From Eledone cirrhosa (taxonomy: Eukaryota), in contig OZ024748.1 of NCBI GenBank assembly GCA_964016885.1, forward strand, positions 54,994,001 through 55,058,000: 64,000 nucleotides of DNA, written 5' to 3'. The notes under the pieces were generated by a model that had not been told where the DNA came from, made no database searches, and saw only the letters and a program-made list of their open reading frames with translations. Position 1 is the stretch's first letter; every line of letters starts with the position of its first letter. Both the position numbers and the translations under genes were made by a program. Positions 13,572 through 27,489 of this stretch are shown piece after piece.

Positions 13572-14499
13572 CATTACCTGCCGATGGTGGAATATCATTT
13601 GATGACAGTGGCTATCAGTGCAATACAATGGAACAAAAACAGTTTATAGAGACTATGCTTGGACACACATACACACTACTCCAGGGAGAGTTCGTTTGAC
13701 TATATGTCAGACACAGACCCCAGATAGACACGCATTACTGTTAGTAGGTGCCGACACTTTTCCGACGCCCAATTACCACCGAGTTTTGTACTTGTCCCCA
13801 ATATGGCTCCCTATCTATTTCTGTATATTCAGGGTGGTCACTTGAAAAGCGGAAAATTTGTCAAACTGCGATTTATTTTTACAAAGACTGATGCTACAAA
13901 GCATTCCATTCACACATACTCTAAATGTCATCCGTACACTTTGATAGGTTTCGGCCAGTACTGGTCCAGGCCATGTCTAACTTAATAGCACCACCTGGCT
14001 ATATAGATATATAAAGGTCTGTGTACAAATGAAAAAAAAGAGCAATCGACCTAATATGGGACATTGTATAATCTCATCTAGTAAAGCTGCCAATTTACGG
14101 CTATGAAACCATTTGGTAATGCAAAAGTTAGTGAATCTGTTAACACACACACACACACACACACACAAATATATATATAGTTATGTGTACACAAACATGT
14201 ACAAACAAGTACAAAAATGTACACTAATCGTTTATGTTATGTCGTTTGAGATATTAGGAATGCTGGAAAAAGGATTAGAAAATAAAAACAAAGTAAAAAA
14301 ACCCATAAAAAAACACCGAAACAAAGCAAAGCAAGACATTATGGAAGCGGAAAGAAGTTATGGGTAAATGGCGTGCCGTGATGTACCAGGATCTATACAC
14401 TGGATAGCTACCATTATGGCAATTTTATTTTATTTCTTATATATTTTTCAATTTTGTGTTTTACTCTCATCTTTAAATTTATTTTAACACTGCGTTATA

Positions 14500-14598
14500 T
14501 ACTTATACATATACGCACACACACATATACACACATCCACACACACATATATATATATATATATATTATATATATACATACACACACACATCCACATG

Positions 14599-14640
<42 letters not shown>

Positions 14641-14727
14641 TATACATACACACACCCACATGTATATATATATATATATACATACACACACACACATCCA
14701 AATGTATATACATACATACACACATCC

Positions 14728-14764
<37 letters not shown>

Positions 14765-15015
14765 CATACACGCATCCATATATATATACATACATACACA
14801 CATCCATATATATATACTTACACACACACACACATCCATATATATATGTACATACATACACACATCCATATATATATATATATATACATACATACACATC
14901 CATATATATATACATACACACATCCATATATATATATATATATACATACATACACACATCCATATATGTATATATATATATACATACACACATCCATATA
15001 TATATATATATATAT
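14500..15015. repeat. Compound (TA)/(CA) higher-order repeat (acacacatcca-(ta)n)
   Basis: Direct reading. Confidence 0.9.
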
Positions 15016-15230
15016 TTCGTTTCTGAATTTGTTTAGCAAGATTCTTTATCTGAAATTGTGTGTTGAAACCGATATTGTTATACTTTGGGAGGGTCATGTT
15101 GCCAATAAGAAACACATGCACCAGTTGCTTTCACTTCAATTTAATTTATTATATATTTATAAATTTACAAATTTATAAATTTCTGGTTGGTTGGTTGGTT
15201 CCACAACCAGATAGTTGTTTATATATATAT

Positions 15231-15275
15231 AGTCATAGTTCTTTCGTCACACACTCTGTGACCTCTTCAGTGACT
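15231..15275 (-). ncRNA. Minimal type I hammerhead ribozyme
   Basis: rc AGUCA-CUGAAGA-G-GUCAC-agagugu-GUGAC-GAAAG-aa-CUA-UGACU; stems I, II and III pair; CUA cleavage triplet. Confidence 0.8.
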
Positions 15276-15326
15276 GGGGATTTCTTTCTTCGTTTCTGTG
15301 CCTTTCCTTTCTTCTATCCTACGCCA

Positions 15327-15584
15327 TTTTGTTTGTGTGTGGGTTGCGTGCTCAGTTTGCGCATGCGCCACATCCGGGTGTCTGTGTGTGTTTGTGTTCA
15401 TTTTTCTATTTTTTTATTTATTTTTTTTTATTTTTTTTTATTTTTTTTTTTTTTTCTATTTTTTTTTTTTATTTTTTTTTTTTATTTAAAAAAAAAAAAA
15501 AATAGAAAAATGAACACAAACACACACAGACACCCGGATGTGGCGCATGCGCAAACTGAGCACGCAACCCACACACAAACAAAA
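15327..15584. repeat. Fold-back inverted repeat (~88-bp arms) with T-rich spacer, next to the hammerhead
   Basis: 15327-15415 is the reverse complement of about 15496-15584. Confidence 0.9.
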
Positions 15585-15654
15585 GAGAACAAAAGAGAGA
15601 GAGAGAAAGAGAACAAAAGAGAAAGAGATAAAGAGAGAGAGAGAGTATGCATGT

Positions 15655-16368
15655 ATGCGTGAGTATATGCCTAAGTGTGTATGCCTGAGTGTGTATGTCT
15701 GAGTGTGTGTATACCTGAGTGTGTATGCCTGAGTGTGTGTATACCTCTGTGTGTATACCTCAGTGTGTGTATACCTCTGTGTGTATACCTCTGTGTGTGT
15801 ATGCCTGAGTTTGTATACCTCAGTGTGTGTATACCTCTGTGTGTGTATACCTCAGTTTTTGTATACCTCAGTGTGTGTATACCTCAGTGTGTGTATACCT
15901 CAGTGTGTGTATGCCTAAGTGTGTGTATACCTCAGTGTGTGTATACCTCAGTGTGTGTATGCCTGAGTGTGTGTATACCTCAGTGTGTGTATGTCTGCGT
16001 GTGTGTGTATGTCTGCGTGTGTGTGTATGCGTGTGTGTGTATGTCTGTGTGTGTGTATGTCTGCGTGTGTGTATGTCTGCGTGTGTGTATGCCTGAGTGC
16101 GTGTATATGTCTGAGTGCGTGTATATGTCTGAGTGCGTGTATATGTCTGAGTGCATGTATATGTCTGAATGTGTATATATCTGAATGTGTATATGTCTGA
16201 GTGTGTATATGTCTGAGTGTGTATATGTCTGAGTGTGTATATGTATGCCTGTGTATATCTATGCCTGTATATATGTCTGCCTGTGTATATGTCTGCCTGT
16301 GTATATGTCTGCGTGTGTATATATCTGCGTGTGTATATATCTGCGTGTATATGTGTCTGCGTGTGTTT
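15655..16368. repeat. Degenerate (gtgtatacctca/gtatatgtctga) minisatellite gradient
   Basis: Tandem 14-20-bp TG-based units whose sequence drifts along the array. Confidence 0.85.
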
Positions 16369-16664
16369 GTAATTGACGGATGATTTTTAACCCCCTAGGG
16401 GTGAATTTGAAACAGAAGGGAAGAAAAAGAAAGGTAAAGAAAATAAAAGCACAACCTTGATAGTCATATAGATAGATGAGTATGTAGATTACAAGAGAAA
16501 CAGCGACATGTAGTTTTATAGAGGGGGGGGGGGGGCAATTCACGATAAAGAGAGAGAGAGAGAGTGAGAGAGGGTGGTAGGGCTGTGAAAGAGTGATGGG
16601 TTTTGTAAAAAGTGTTATGTGTGTATCTTAAAACTCCTGCAGATCAAAATAACAAAGAACTATA

Positions 16665-16699
<35 letters not shown>

Positions 16700-16931
16700 C
16701 ACACACAGAGATATACATATACACACATATACATATGTACACACACATATATATATATACACACACAGATATATATACACATATATATATATACACAGAT
16801 ATATATACACATATATATATATACACACATAGATATATATACACACACATATACATACACACATAGATATATATACACACACATATACACATATATATAT
16901 ATGTACACAGATATATATATACACATATTTC

Positions 16932-16966
<35 letters not shown>

Positions 16967-17095
16967 GTATACACACAAATATACATATTTATATATATAT
17001 AACAACAAAAATCTGACTAGATAGGGATGTAGAAAAACGCATGTGCTTTGATAATGTGTTCCAGGTGGTAGCAATAGCATATATAGTGTGACGTG

Positions 17096-17193
<98 letters not shown>

Positions 17194-17569
17194 AAGCATG
17201 TACCTAAGTAGGAAAGAGACAGAGTGAGGGTGTGTGTATTTAGAAGGAGGGAAGGAAATGGGAAAACCTGGTCTAAGTAAGAGATCTAAAAAACACTTTA
17301 ACGCTGCACGGAATGATTGATAGATTGTTGGTAAGTCAATCGTGAAGGGTGGCTGACTAACTCTCTGTATGACTGGCTGGTTTGCTTTCTTGCTTACTTG
17401 ATGGTAGTCCCATCACATGCTTCAATGACAAGAAGGGACTATCAAGAATATGTAAGAATTTAAACTTTATCTGCGAGAGTTTGTTGTGAGTATGAAACTT
17501 TAACGTCACTAACTTCTGTTTTTTTTTTTTGCGTTAAGACGAAACATCAACAAAAGAACCTCCACTAAT

Positions 17570-17695
17570 AAAACCTTGTGTGACCTGCGTGGCACAGTTA
17601 CAAGAACATACTGTGCCATTCTAAACCTGCGGCACAATTATAGGAACATACTGTACCAGTCTAAACCTGCGGCACAGTTACAAAAAAATACTGTC
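17570..17695. repeat. ~40-bp tandem repeat, 3 copies
   Basis: aaacctgcggcacagttacaagaacatactgt units. Confidence 0.75.
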
Positions 17696-18893
17696 GAGAC
17701 CCTAGAGATCTTCTTTGATAACATCCAGCCATTGATGTGGGGTCTACTGCAGTACCTCTTAGCCTTGTGTTATCGTGGGAGAGTTATTTACAATTGCCAT
17801 TGATCGAAGGAAGCCGTGAGATTCAAATTAGGCTGATGCAACCTGTTTGGAAACCAATCAGATTAACTGAGTATATACTTCAAGCCACAACACACTGTCA
17901 TGCTCAATCTCCGCGTGAACTACATTAAAGTTTCAAGTGTCTGAGGAATACTCAACCACTTTAACGTTAATTTCATGGACTGGCTTTACCGTTAATTAAA
18001 CATTTCCTTCTAAGTCAGCTGAAGAATTGGATTTATAATAAACCTTAAATAAATTTATTATATTTATTGTTGATTAGAAACTGGAACAATCATCGTCGCA
18101 ACCGACGGATCTCCAGAGTCAACAATGAATGCATGGTCCCGTTTCTGCTGTACTGGGTTATTGCTGGCCTTGTGCCAAAAGTAGAAACAATTACTAATTT
18201 ATACTTATTCCTAATTAAACTATTTTTCACTGGGAAAAATTTGTCAGCATTTTCTTTTCCTTTTTACTAATATATATATATATGTTATTTCTATAATTTC
18301 GCTCACTCATTGATCCACTGATTCGAAAGAAGTGAGTGGCAGTTACAGTAGCTTAAATAAAGTGGAATGGACGATTTCTGTTGGTACTCTTAGTACGGTA
18401 GTTGGTAGTAGTGTGGTTCTGGTGTTATTAATATGGGTCGTTGTAGTGGTGGGGATGGAAGTGGTGGTGTATTAGGGAGGGGGTAGGCAGAGAAGAGAAA
18501 GGGAAGAGGGTGAGGAAGAGAATGTTGAGGAAATGGAGGAAGGTGTTGATAGAGATGTAGTGATGTAGTCAGTTATATAGAAGGAACAATGTTAAATGGT
18601 GTGGAATGATCCATGCACTTGAACAGTCTGTATTCTTGAGTATTTTTACAATATGAGAGAGAGAGAGAAATAGAGAGATGGGAAAAGAGAGAGCGTGTGT
18701 GTGTGTATGTGTATGTATGTGAGATAGTGAATGAGAAAATCAGATATTTAGGCATTTTGGGAGGGAGTGAAAGCGACAGAGTAAAAGAAAAGTAAGAACG
18801 ACTAAGAAGTATCAAAGGGGGAGAGAGGGACAGTTAGATAAAGACAGGCATTATATATATATACAGAGAGTGAGAGAGGTATACATGTGTATT

Positions 18894-18937
<44 letters not shown>

Positions 18938-19094
18938 TGAGGGTTACGGCGGTGAATAGGAGAAAAAACAAATAGAAAGCTGGAAAGAAAGAGAAAAAGG
19001 GGGATAAACGAAAAACGTAAAAGTTACAGGATATCAGCATGGGATATTGTGGGTAGAAGAATTGGGAATTATAGATCATAAGGAGAGGAATGGA

Positions 19095-19932
19095 AGAGGC
19101 AGGGACGGACTGTGAGCTGCGTTGGACTTCCGTCAGTACTGACGATGAGTGTTCTAGTAGTTCTACAATAGAACATGCTCGTAGAATTATCGGGCAAGTG
19201 GGTAAACTCCGCAGACACCTTTAACCCAATTCTCAGAGATTCGGCAGGACACAGTGAGACAATGCTGTTACTTTCAATTTCAAGTACAACTCATTTTATG
19301 CCAGCCTAGGGAACTGGAAGAACGTGGAGTAATATGTCTTGTTGAAGGGTAACACACTACTGGGAATATGCCTTGCTGAAGGGCAACACAGTACTGAGAA
19401 TATGCCTTGCTGAAGGGCAACACAGTACTGAGAATATGCCTTGCTGAAGGGCAACACAGTACTGAGAATATGCCTTGCTGAAGGGCAACACAGTACTGGG
19501 AATATGTCTTGTTGAAGGGTAACACACTACTGGGAATATGCCTTGCTGAAGGGCAACACAGTACTGGGAATATGCCTTGCTGAAGGGCAACACAGTACTG
19601 AGCATATGCCTCGCTGAAGGGCAACACAGTACTGAGAATATGCCTCGCTGAAGGGCAACACACTGAGTATATGCCTTGCTGAAGGGCAACACACTACTGG
19701 GAATATGCCTTGCTGAAGGGCAACACACTGCTGGGAATATGTCTTGCTGAAGAGCAACACACTACTGGAAATATGCCTTGCTGAAGGGCAACACAGTACT
19801 GAGAATATGCCTTGCTGAAGGGCAACACAGTACTGAGAATATGCCTTGCTGAAGGGCAACACAGTACTGAGACTCGAACTCATGACTTGGCTATCATGAG
19901 CCGAAGACTTTACTCACTAAACTATGTGCACT
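19095..19932 (-). mobile_element. SINE family B carrying an internal 34-bp minisatellite expansion
   Basis: Flanks ctggaagaacgtggagtaatatgtcttg and gagactcgaactcatgac match the family B copy at 23810-24102. Confidence 0.6.
19330..19870. repeat. 34-bp minisatellite (aatatgccttgctgaagggcaacacagtactgag), about 16 copies
   Basis: Direct tandem units with no unique spacers. Confidence 0.95.
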
Positions 19933-20329
19933 CACTGGACTGTGCGATAGTTAGTAAAAGAAAATGCGAGGTAGTATGAACCACCAGATCAATATCATAA
20001 AAAATATATTTTCAAATAATAGTGCATTGTATTAGATATAACAAGATGAAAATTATGGCAGTAAAAAAAATATATATACTACTTGAAAGATATTTTACTT
20101 ATTATTTTTGCTCAAAGAAAATATCTTCAGATTTCTGTTTTCTAAACAGATTGTGATTTTTTCCCCCTCCCCCAATCAATTTATTTCAGTCTCCACTCCC
20201 ATATATAAAAATTGCCTAAAGTTCTGTTCTAATTTACTTGATACTAAATATGTTATTAAAATAGGATTCTTACCTTTAAACATTGAAATATTTATGCACC
20301 AAGAATTTCATTCTCCTCTCCACTAATTT

Positions 20330-21420
20330 CTTCCTCATATCTGTAAATCTGTTAATCTATAGTAAAGTTTTTGTATTCCTTGTTGTAGGACTCAAGGTTT
20401 CTTTGCAAACCAGTTGAGACATGAATGTGTACATTCTTTCCTTATATTTACGAATCTATTTTAGTGAAATTTTACTAGACAAAATGTTATAGAACAGGTA
20501 ACCTATGTCAAGTCAATTATCTCAGAGGATCAATTATCTCATAGAGGAGGTGCTGTGATTCAACGACTAAATTCTTTTCACGAGTCACATATGCAGTATA
20601 AAGATCCTTGAAACGTAGACAATGCAGATGTGCATACTTCATCTAAAATACTGTAATAACACTCCATTTCTTTTTCGAACGGCAAATAATTTTTTTTTCA
20701 AATTCAATCAAGACAGGTCTCATGAATTTTAAGGAAAGTTTGTCGCATCTAAGTACATAGCATGTAATTCCTTGGTATATTTATCGCAATTAGACGATGG
20801 CATTTGAAAATGTAATTTTAATGCATCCCACTGGCGGGAAAATCTGTTCACACGGTTTTCACTAAACATTGTGTGCTGAAAGCAGAATAATGTTAAATGG
20901 TTTTTCACCATCGTTGATTAATTTATATATTTCCATGTAAGATTATCTTCACAACGCTAATCTAAGGAATCAGTTGTGAATTTTTCAATGTGAGAAGGTA
21001 ATTCTTCAGCAGCATGGGGGACATGCGAAATGGAGATAATAGCAAATACATTTCGTGAGAATGAAGAATGGATTGTTTAATTTTTTTAAACGTGTGTAGA
21101 AAATTATTACCGGCGCAAAAGTGTGAAGCTCCTCTGTTGCAATAGTAAATCAGATTTTAATATTAATTCCCACATAACTAAAGAACGTTTTCACTCAAGC
21201 TGAAGATGTCTTTAAATAAAAATAAGAATTAGCTTTTAAAAAAACCGTGCTACAATTCAATGGTGTCGTTTATTGTAATGCATGACCCTCACACATAAAG
21301 GCTTTTAACCATCAGTATCAATAAACTCGTCCAACATCAAACAGAACTGACTATTGATATATCTTCAATTTGTTCCTTTAGTAATGTTGGAACAATAACA
21401 TTTTCCATAAATGTCACGTG
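20330..21420 (-). pseudogene. Degenerate hAT transposase
   Basis: Ordered motifs across frames: FCLMLDEFIDT..K.LCV, IAT(D)GAS, KCICYYLH..AAEELPSHIE, QWDALKLHF. Confidence 0.7.
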
Positions 21421-21433
21421 TTTTGGTTTAAGT

Positions 21434-21520
21434 CAAAGGTTCTCAACCCATTTCGGCCAAACGCCCCCTTTCGCCCCTCGAAATCACGAAACGTCCCCCT
21501 ACCCTATTTTTCCATTTTTC
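21434..21520 (+). mobile_element. Left end of a hAT MITE
   Basis: caaaggttctcaacc is Charlie-type TIR-like and abuts the transposase relic. Confidence 0.45.
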
Positions 21521-22042
21521 AATATACTACCGATTTTGACATCAGTAGATTACTGGGCCAAATCAAGTTATGGTAGAATCTTTTAAAAAATCTTTAAAAA
21601 AATACTCGTACGAATTAAATACAAAAAAGTTACAGTCCAAAACAAAAGCAAACTATTTCAAATTATATATCTTTGAAAAATAGACGTGAATGTTCTCAAA
21701 GATTTGACCATAGTCGAAAAAGCTTTTTTTTTTTTAAATTCTATATTACACTGTTAGCTGTTGTAATATTTTGAGTGGATAGACAATTCTACAATTCAAA
21801 CTGTAAAGTCAAAATACAAAAGATGCAAAATATGAAGAATTTCTTACCTTTCCCTGGAATCACGAACTCAAGGGAAATATAGTACCTTGCAAAATAAAGT
21901 GCCTCGATCACAAACTTAGTTTCAACGAATGAATTGAGATGTTTAGTGACAGTGAGCAAACAATATCTGAATCCTTTATATATATACCTAGATAGACACA
22001 CACATAAACATGCACTTTTCAACAGCATCATATAACAACGCC

Positions 22043-22113
<71 letters not shown>

Positions 22114-22170
22114 AAGGGGGTGAGACAGAGAGAGTAAGAAATGTGCGAGTGTGAGTGTGTTTGGTACACG

Positions 22171-22204
<34 letters not shown>

Positions 22205-22213
22205 AATCTCCAA

Positions 22214-22262
22214 CAGGGGGCTCAAATATGCGGCCCGCGAACTACTTTTCTGTGGCCCGTGG
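22214..22262 (+). mobile_element. Left end of a hAT MITE
   Basis: cagggggctcaaatatgcggcccgcg...tgtggcccg terminus. Confidence 0.5.
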
Positions 22263-22301
22263 TAGAACCAAAATTTCAGATTCCATTATAACTGGTGAAA
22301 A

Positions 22302-22502
22302 TAAGGCGGTGAGCTGGTGGAATAGTTAGCACATCTGACGAAATGCTTCGTTTTTAAGTTCCGAGTTCAAATTCCGCCGATCTGAACTTTGCATTTCATC
22401 CTTTTGGGGTCGATAAATTAAGTACCAGTTGTGAACTGGGATCGATGTAATCGACGGGACCCTCAACCCCAAATTTCATGTCTTGTGCCTATAGTAGAAA
22501 TG
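22302..22502 (+). mobile_element. Full-length SINE family A with 17-bp TSD
   Basis: TSD attataactggtgaaaa at 22285-22301 and 22503-22519. Confidence 0.9.
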
Positions 22503-22862
22503 ATTATAACTGGTGAAAAATCATCACCCACCACCACGTTTGGCCCACTGTGCCTCTTCTCCAGGACGTAATGGACCTTTTGTTTCCTTGTGTGTGTTAT
22601 CAAATTGACAATGAAAATAAAAAGAATAAAGTCAAGTTACTTTATAACTTTGTTTTTATTTTGTTGTTTTTATTTTTATTGTTAATTTAATACCTAATAT
22701 CTGACTCTCTATGTAAAGAATTAATTCAGCGTAACACCGAACATCTCTATGGATTTTACAAGTTTACATTGAGTTCTATCTACGGTACCGATCCTACCAA
22801 CAGAGGTAGACCAGACTGAAAAAATAAAAAAATATATATATGTGTGTCTGTGTGTGCGTGTG

Positions 22863-22893
<31 letters not shown>

Positions 22894-22919
22894 CTATAAA
22901 GTATGTCCAGTGAATCATT

Positions 22920-22977
<58 letters not shown>

Positions 22978-22981
<4 letters not shown>

Positions 22982-23524
22982 TGGCTGCCAACTCGTTTTC
23001 GAGTACGGCCACTACTTTATATCCATGTAGGAGAACCCCTACCAATGTGCTGAACGAGTGTAACTTTTTAGTCCAGCCAGCGACTTGAAAACTCTGGTAC
23101 AAACACTACACTGGTGCCATGTGACAAGTGCAGAGAGATCTCCAGATATAAAGCAATGCCTGTGCCGTGAAGCTTTTATAGTGAGCAAAGGCACTGCACA
23201 AAGCTAGTCCCACTCTCTTAACCAAGATGATATTTAACAAAAAGAAGAACAAGTCAACATCATTGGATACTATCAGGGTTGCAGGTGTTATATCAGAGAT
23301 TTCCTTCTCCTAGAATTCTGCCTTGACAAAGGCTAAGGGGTCATCTCTCCCGGTGATTTTGGATGGCCATTGACTCTTAAGAGCTCCTTTGCCCTTTGAC
23401 AGGTTTTATTTTTAGTCCTGCAGGATGTCCAAAGTTACCCTCCTCACCAAGAAACCTTGGTAGGGTTGCCAGTTTAGTCGCCAACGACCCGACCATGGGA
23501 CAGGTTGTACTGGGATACATGTTA
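22978..23524 (-). mobile_element. Short non-autonomous RTE-derived element (5'UTR-like part plus 3' end)
   Basis: 3' part encodes CSVCTRVFKSLAGLKSYTRSAH; ends in (TA)n; copies at 24145-24287 and 29735-30099. Confidence 0.65.
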
Positions 23525-23809
23525 CCAGTAGCACCATACATATGTAGATATATTTACGTATGTATATAGCTATGCATTTATACATTTGTATATATACATG
23601 CATTTATATTTAAGTGTGTAAGGATATTGTCATGATTTATGTTTTTTAGTAAGGAGAGAATTTTGACTCCAGATTTTATTACCTAGGGAGATTAAATACC
23701 ACAGCATTTCAAGCTCATCAAACACCAACGCCGGCTTGTATGTGTATATATGTGTGTATGTATGTATGTATGTATGTATGTATGTATGTATGTATGTATG
23801 TATGTATGT

Positions 23810-24102
23810 AGGGACGGGAGCTGATTCTGGCTTGATTTCTGCAGCTGGATGCCCTTCCTAACACCAACCTCATTTACAGTGGGTGCTGGGTGCTTTTTTG
23901 AGGTGGCGCCTCCGCGACCGCTTTGCAGTGGAATGATGGGGAGCCCGGTCCCTGTCATCTCATTTCTGCAGCTGAGTGAGCTGGAGCAATGTGAAGTGGA
24001 GTGTCTTGCTCAGGGAAGCAGCGCATCGCTCGGTCTGAGAATTGAACTCACAACCTTTCGATTGCGGGGCCAGTGCTCTGGCCACTGGGCCATGTGCGTC
24101 CA
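23810..24102 (-). mobile_element. SINE family B, near full length, with (CATA)n tail
   Basis: rc tRNA-like head tggcccagtgg...gagttcaattc, core cctgagcaagacac, 3' ggttggtgttaggaagggcatccagc. Confidence 0.8.
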
Positions 24103-24144
24103 TATATGTATGTATATATATATGTATGTATATATATATGTATC

Positions 24145-24287
24145 TAACATGTATCCCAGTACAACCTGTCTCATGGTCGGGTCGTTGGCGACTAAACTGG
24201 CAACCCTACGAAGGTTTCTTGGTGAGGAGGGTGACTTTGGACATCCTGCAGGACTAAAAACAAAACCTGACAAAGGGCAAAGGAGCA
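24145..24287 (+). mobile_element. 5' part of the RTE-derived short element
   Basis: Reverse complement of 23383-23524. Confidence 0.8.
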
Positions 24288-24828
24288 CGTTGAGAACCTT
24301 TGGTTTAGGTTATTTAAAATCACGGACAATTGATGATATTGGAAATATTTGCATAATTAACATATATTGATAACAGTCGGTACAATTCTGTTATTTTGTC
24401 ACAAGAAAAATGCTTTGATTATAATAAACTTGAGTTCATTGCAGAAATATTTTATGCTTTGTTAAATAGGTTTTGTGAGATAGAATTTCAATGTTGCTCA
24501 ATTTACATTTTTTTACTTCTTTCACTAAATTAGAAAACTTGGCGTAGAGTAGCCAATATTTTTGAAACCTTTTATTATATTTTAAAGGCAGTAAATTAGC
24601 AGAAACATTAGAACATCGAAGAGAATGCTTCATACACAAATTGTTCTTTGAATAATTGCTCGTTGTATAAGTACGTATAGTTCTGAAATAATCGAAATTT
24701 AATATAAAAACAAGCTAGTTCATCTGACTCAGACCTGCCACCCTCTAAAAACTCTAACGGGGGAGTACCATTTAAAAAAAATGCCCCAAAAGGTAGAGAA
24801 TTGAGACACAATTGCGAGACTTTACATA

Positions 24829-24906
24829 ATTGTTTCTACTTTAGGCACAAGGCCAGCAACTACCCAGTGCATTACTGGCACTTTATTTTATCGACCCCGT
24901 AAGGAT
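24829..24906 (-). mobile_element. SINE family A 3' fragment
   Basis: aattgtttctactttaggcacaaggccagc...tcgaccccgtaagga. Confidence 0.8.
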
Positions 24907-25935
24907 TACATAATGAAAGCTATACCCAATTTTCATAAGAGGAGACATCTCTCACCCACTCCAAAGTTGATGGGAGATTTCCCCCGTCGGACGGGGAGGG
25001 TTGACAGGTCTGTGACTACAGCGTGTAAACTGCCATTTTGTTGAAGTAAACGTCCCTTCGAATACTTATTGTGATTTATACCATGTGACTAATTAATTGG
25101 TGTTAACAAGCTTCGATTCACTTTATTTGTATAACAGAACATCTACGTGGTTTCTCGATTTACTAGAAATAACAATAAAATACATTCCTCAATTGACACC
25201 TATGGTCTGAAGTTGGCTACACATAAAGTACCATAACTAAATGGCACACAACATTTTGTCCAACACTCTAGTGGTTTTGCCTATCCACTGCCTTAATAAT
25301 AAAAATAACAATATTTGAAGAAAGTCTAAAGTTATAAATAACATTTAAAATTCGATGATCTGCATTTAAATGTCCCGTAGATTTTAATGAATAGTGAATC
25401 CTTCACCTTCGGCTAATGTGTTCAGCTCATTCCTTTCCAGTAGTTTGATTTCAACAGGAAATTGGAGGTAAATAGCGTAAATGAATTGGATATCGATGAA
25501 AAGGCAATCTAGTTTACCGACACTCGGCTAAGCTAGCATCGCTCTTAAGAAAAGGATTATGGTTAAACTTATTGATAAATTACACGTAATATATGTATAA
25601 ATTACTCGGAGTATGTATATTAATTATTTGGAAATAATATTTGTATCAATTATGCAGTGGAGGCACACGCACGCACACACACACATACACACACACATAT
25701 ATATATATATATGAGAAAAACCACAAACCCTCCATCTCAATTCTACTTTTGAAAAGCAGAAGAACTGCGAGACCGACCGGTAAAGGAACCAAATAAATAT
25801 ATATTTAAAAAAAAAAGACTCCAGTTGCATTTTCGATTTCATATTTTTTCCTTATACTTTCACTCGTGTAGGACACCTCGTTTTTTTTTGATTTTGTAAA
25901 AAAAACCTCACTTTCTAATATATATATATATATAT

Positions 25936-26092
25936 AACCCGCCCGTCCCCTCAATCTATCTTATCTCTCATTCTTTCTTCTGATGAAGGACTAGCGTCCG
26001 AAACGTTAAGACCGTCTTCCTGCTATATCAAGTGTTAACCTAATATATCCCTTCCATATACTGTACCGATTGTGTTGTTATTTCTGTTTACC

Positions 26093-26099
<7 letters not shown>
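25936..26099 (+). mobile_element. PLE-like 3' end between (TA)n and (CA)n
   Basis: Contains a hammerhead; near-identical reverse copy at 47767-47930 with the same 3' end (ccttttaca). Confidence 0.75.
25976..26011 (+). ncRNA. Minimal type I hammerhead ribozyme
   Basis: UCUU-CUGAUGA-A-GGAC-uagc-GUCC-GAAAC-GUU-AAGA; palindromic stem III AACGUU. Confidence 0.85.
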
Positions 26100-26149
<50 letters not shown>

Positions 26150-26353
26150 AAGAAAGGCAAACACAGATATATACATATATGCGTTCAAATCACAAGGGAC
26201 TTTAAATATTATATTATATTATAAGGCTCGGAAAATCTTTTCCTTGAACTATTTTAATTATAAGGGACTATTGTCAGTTTTTAACTCAATATATACTTTG
26301 ATATATACATATATATTTATTTGGGTGTGTGTGTGTGTGTGTGGGGGGGGGTA

Positions 26354-26394
<41 letters not shown>

Positions 26395-26829
26395 GTCTGG
26401 GAATGTATTGATTATACGTTTGCACTATCAGAGATGATTTTGGCTAAACAACCTCGACAAAACACAATTCTCTCTCAACCTCAACATAACAGGACACGTA
26501 TAAATAAATATATACCAGGTACAATAACAGCAAACGCATATAAACACACACTAGTAAACGAAGATAGAATACAAAAACAAAAACACATACACTCAAACGC
26601 GAACACTCTCACCAAACATTATACACACACGCAAACGCATGCGCAGAGACGGAGACAACAAGAAGTAAATAAATAAATAAATAACTATGGCGTAGACATA
26701 CAATACAACAGGAGGAAACATAATAGTACCACTGATGATGTTGCAGATGTGCAACGAAAGAACTTTGATAGACTATATATATATATATATATATATTAGA
26801 ATTGGAGCTCTGAAATAGCAATATATATA

Positions 26830-27086
26830 TGAATGTATATATAATGTATTTTGCATATACACTTTATGCTTAATTAAAAGCATTTTGAAGACCGTATGCT
26901 ATTGTTTTAGAGTAGTGACAAACTCACTTACTTTAATCTCAGCAAACAAGAGGAGATAAGCCGACAAGGCCTTGTTTGCTGAGATTAAAGTAAGTGAGTT
27001 TGTCACTACTCTAAAACAATAGCATACGGTCTTCAAAATGCTTTTAATTAAGCATAAAGTGTATTGCAAAATACATTATATATACA

Positions 27087-27090
<4 letters not shown>
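26830..27090. mobile_element. Fold-back element: ~120-bp arms, 20-nt loop with hammerhead remnant, flanked by (TA)n
   Basis: 26830-26950 is the reverse complement of 26971-27090; centre CAGCAAAC-AAGA-GG..CC-GAcAA-GGCC-UU-GUUUGCUG. Confidence 0.75.
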
Positions 27091-27123
<33 letters not shown>

Positions 27124-27339
27124 AAAAATGGGGAGAAGAATACTGCTGGTTCCATATGGATAACATGTAATAAAATAATATAAGTCCCTCATCAGTGATT
27201 TGCCGACGATCATAGATATTTCATTGCATTAAAAATCATATACCTCACGTCGGTGCAATAATAACTAAATTAAGTTATTAGGACAATTAAAACGCGTAAA
27301 GCGAGTGAGACGAGATAACAACAAAGAGGATAGCTAACC

Positions 27340-27432
<93 letters not shown>

Positions 27433-27489
27433 TATATTGTATTTTTACCAGCTGGTCAATCAATGATAAACATTGATTGCCAAATAAAT

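Noticed and set aside
19330-19870. CRISPR-like regular repeats (also 3710-4315 and 4838-5422)
   Set aside because: No unique spacers, no cas genes, eukaryotic context
27184-27200. Minus-strand CUGAUGAGGGAC
   Set aside because: No matching stem II partner or GAAA downstream, so at most a fragment
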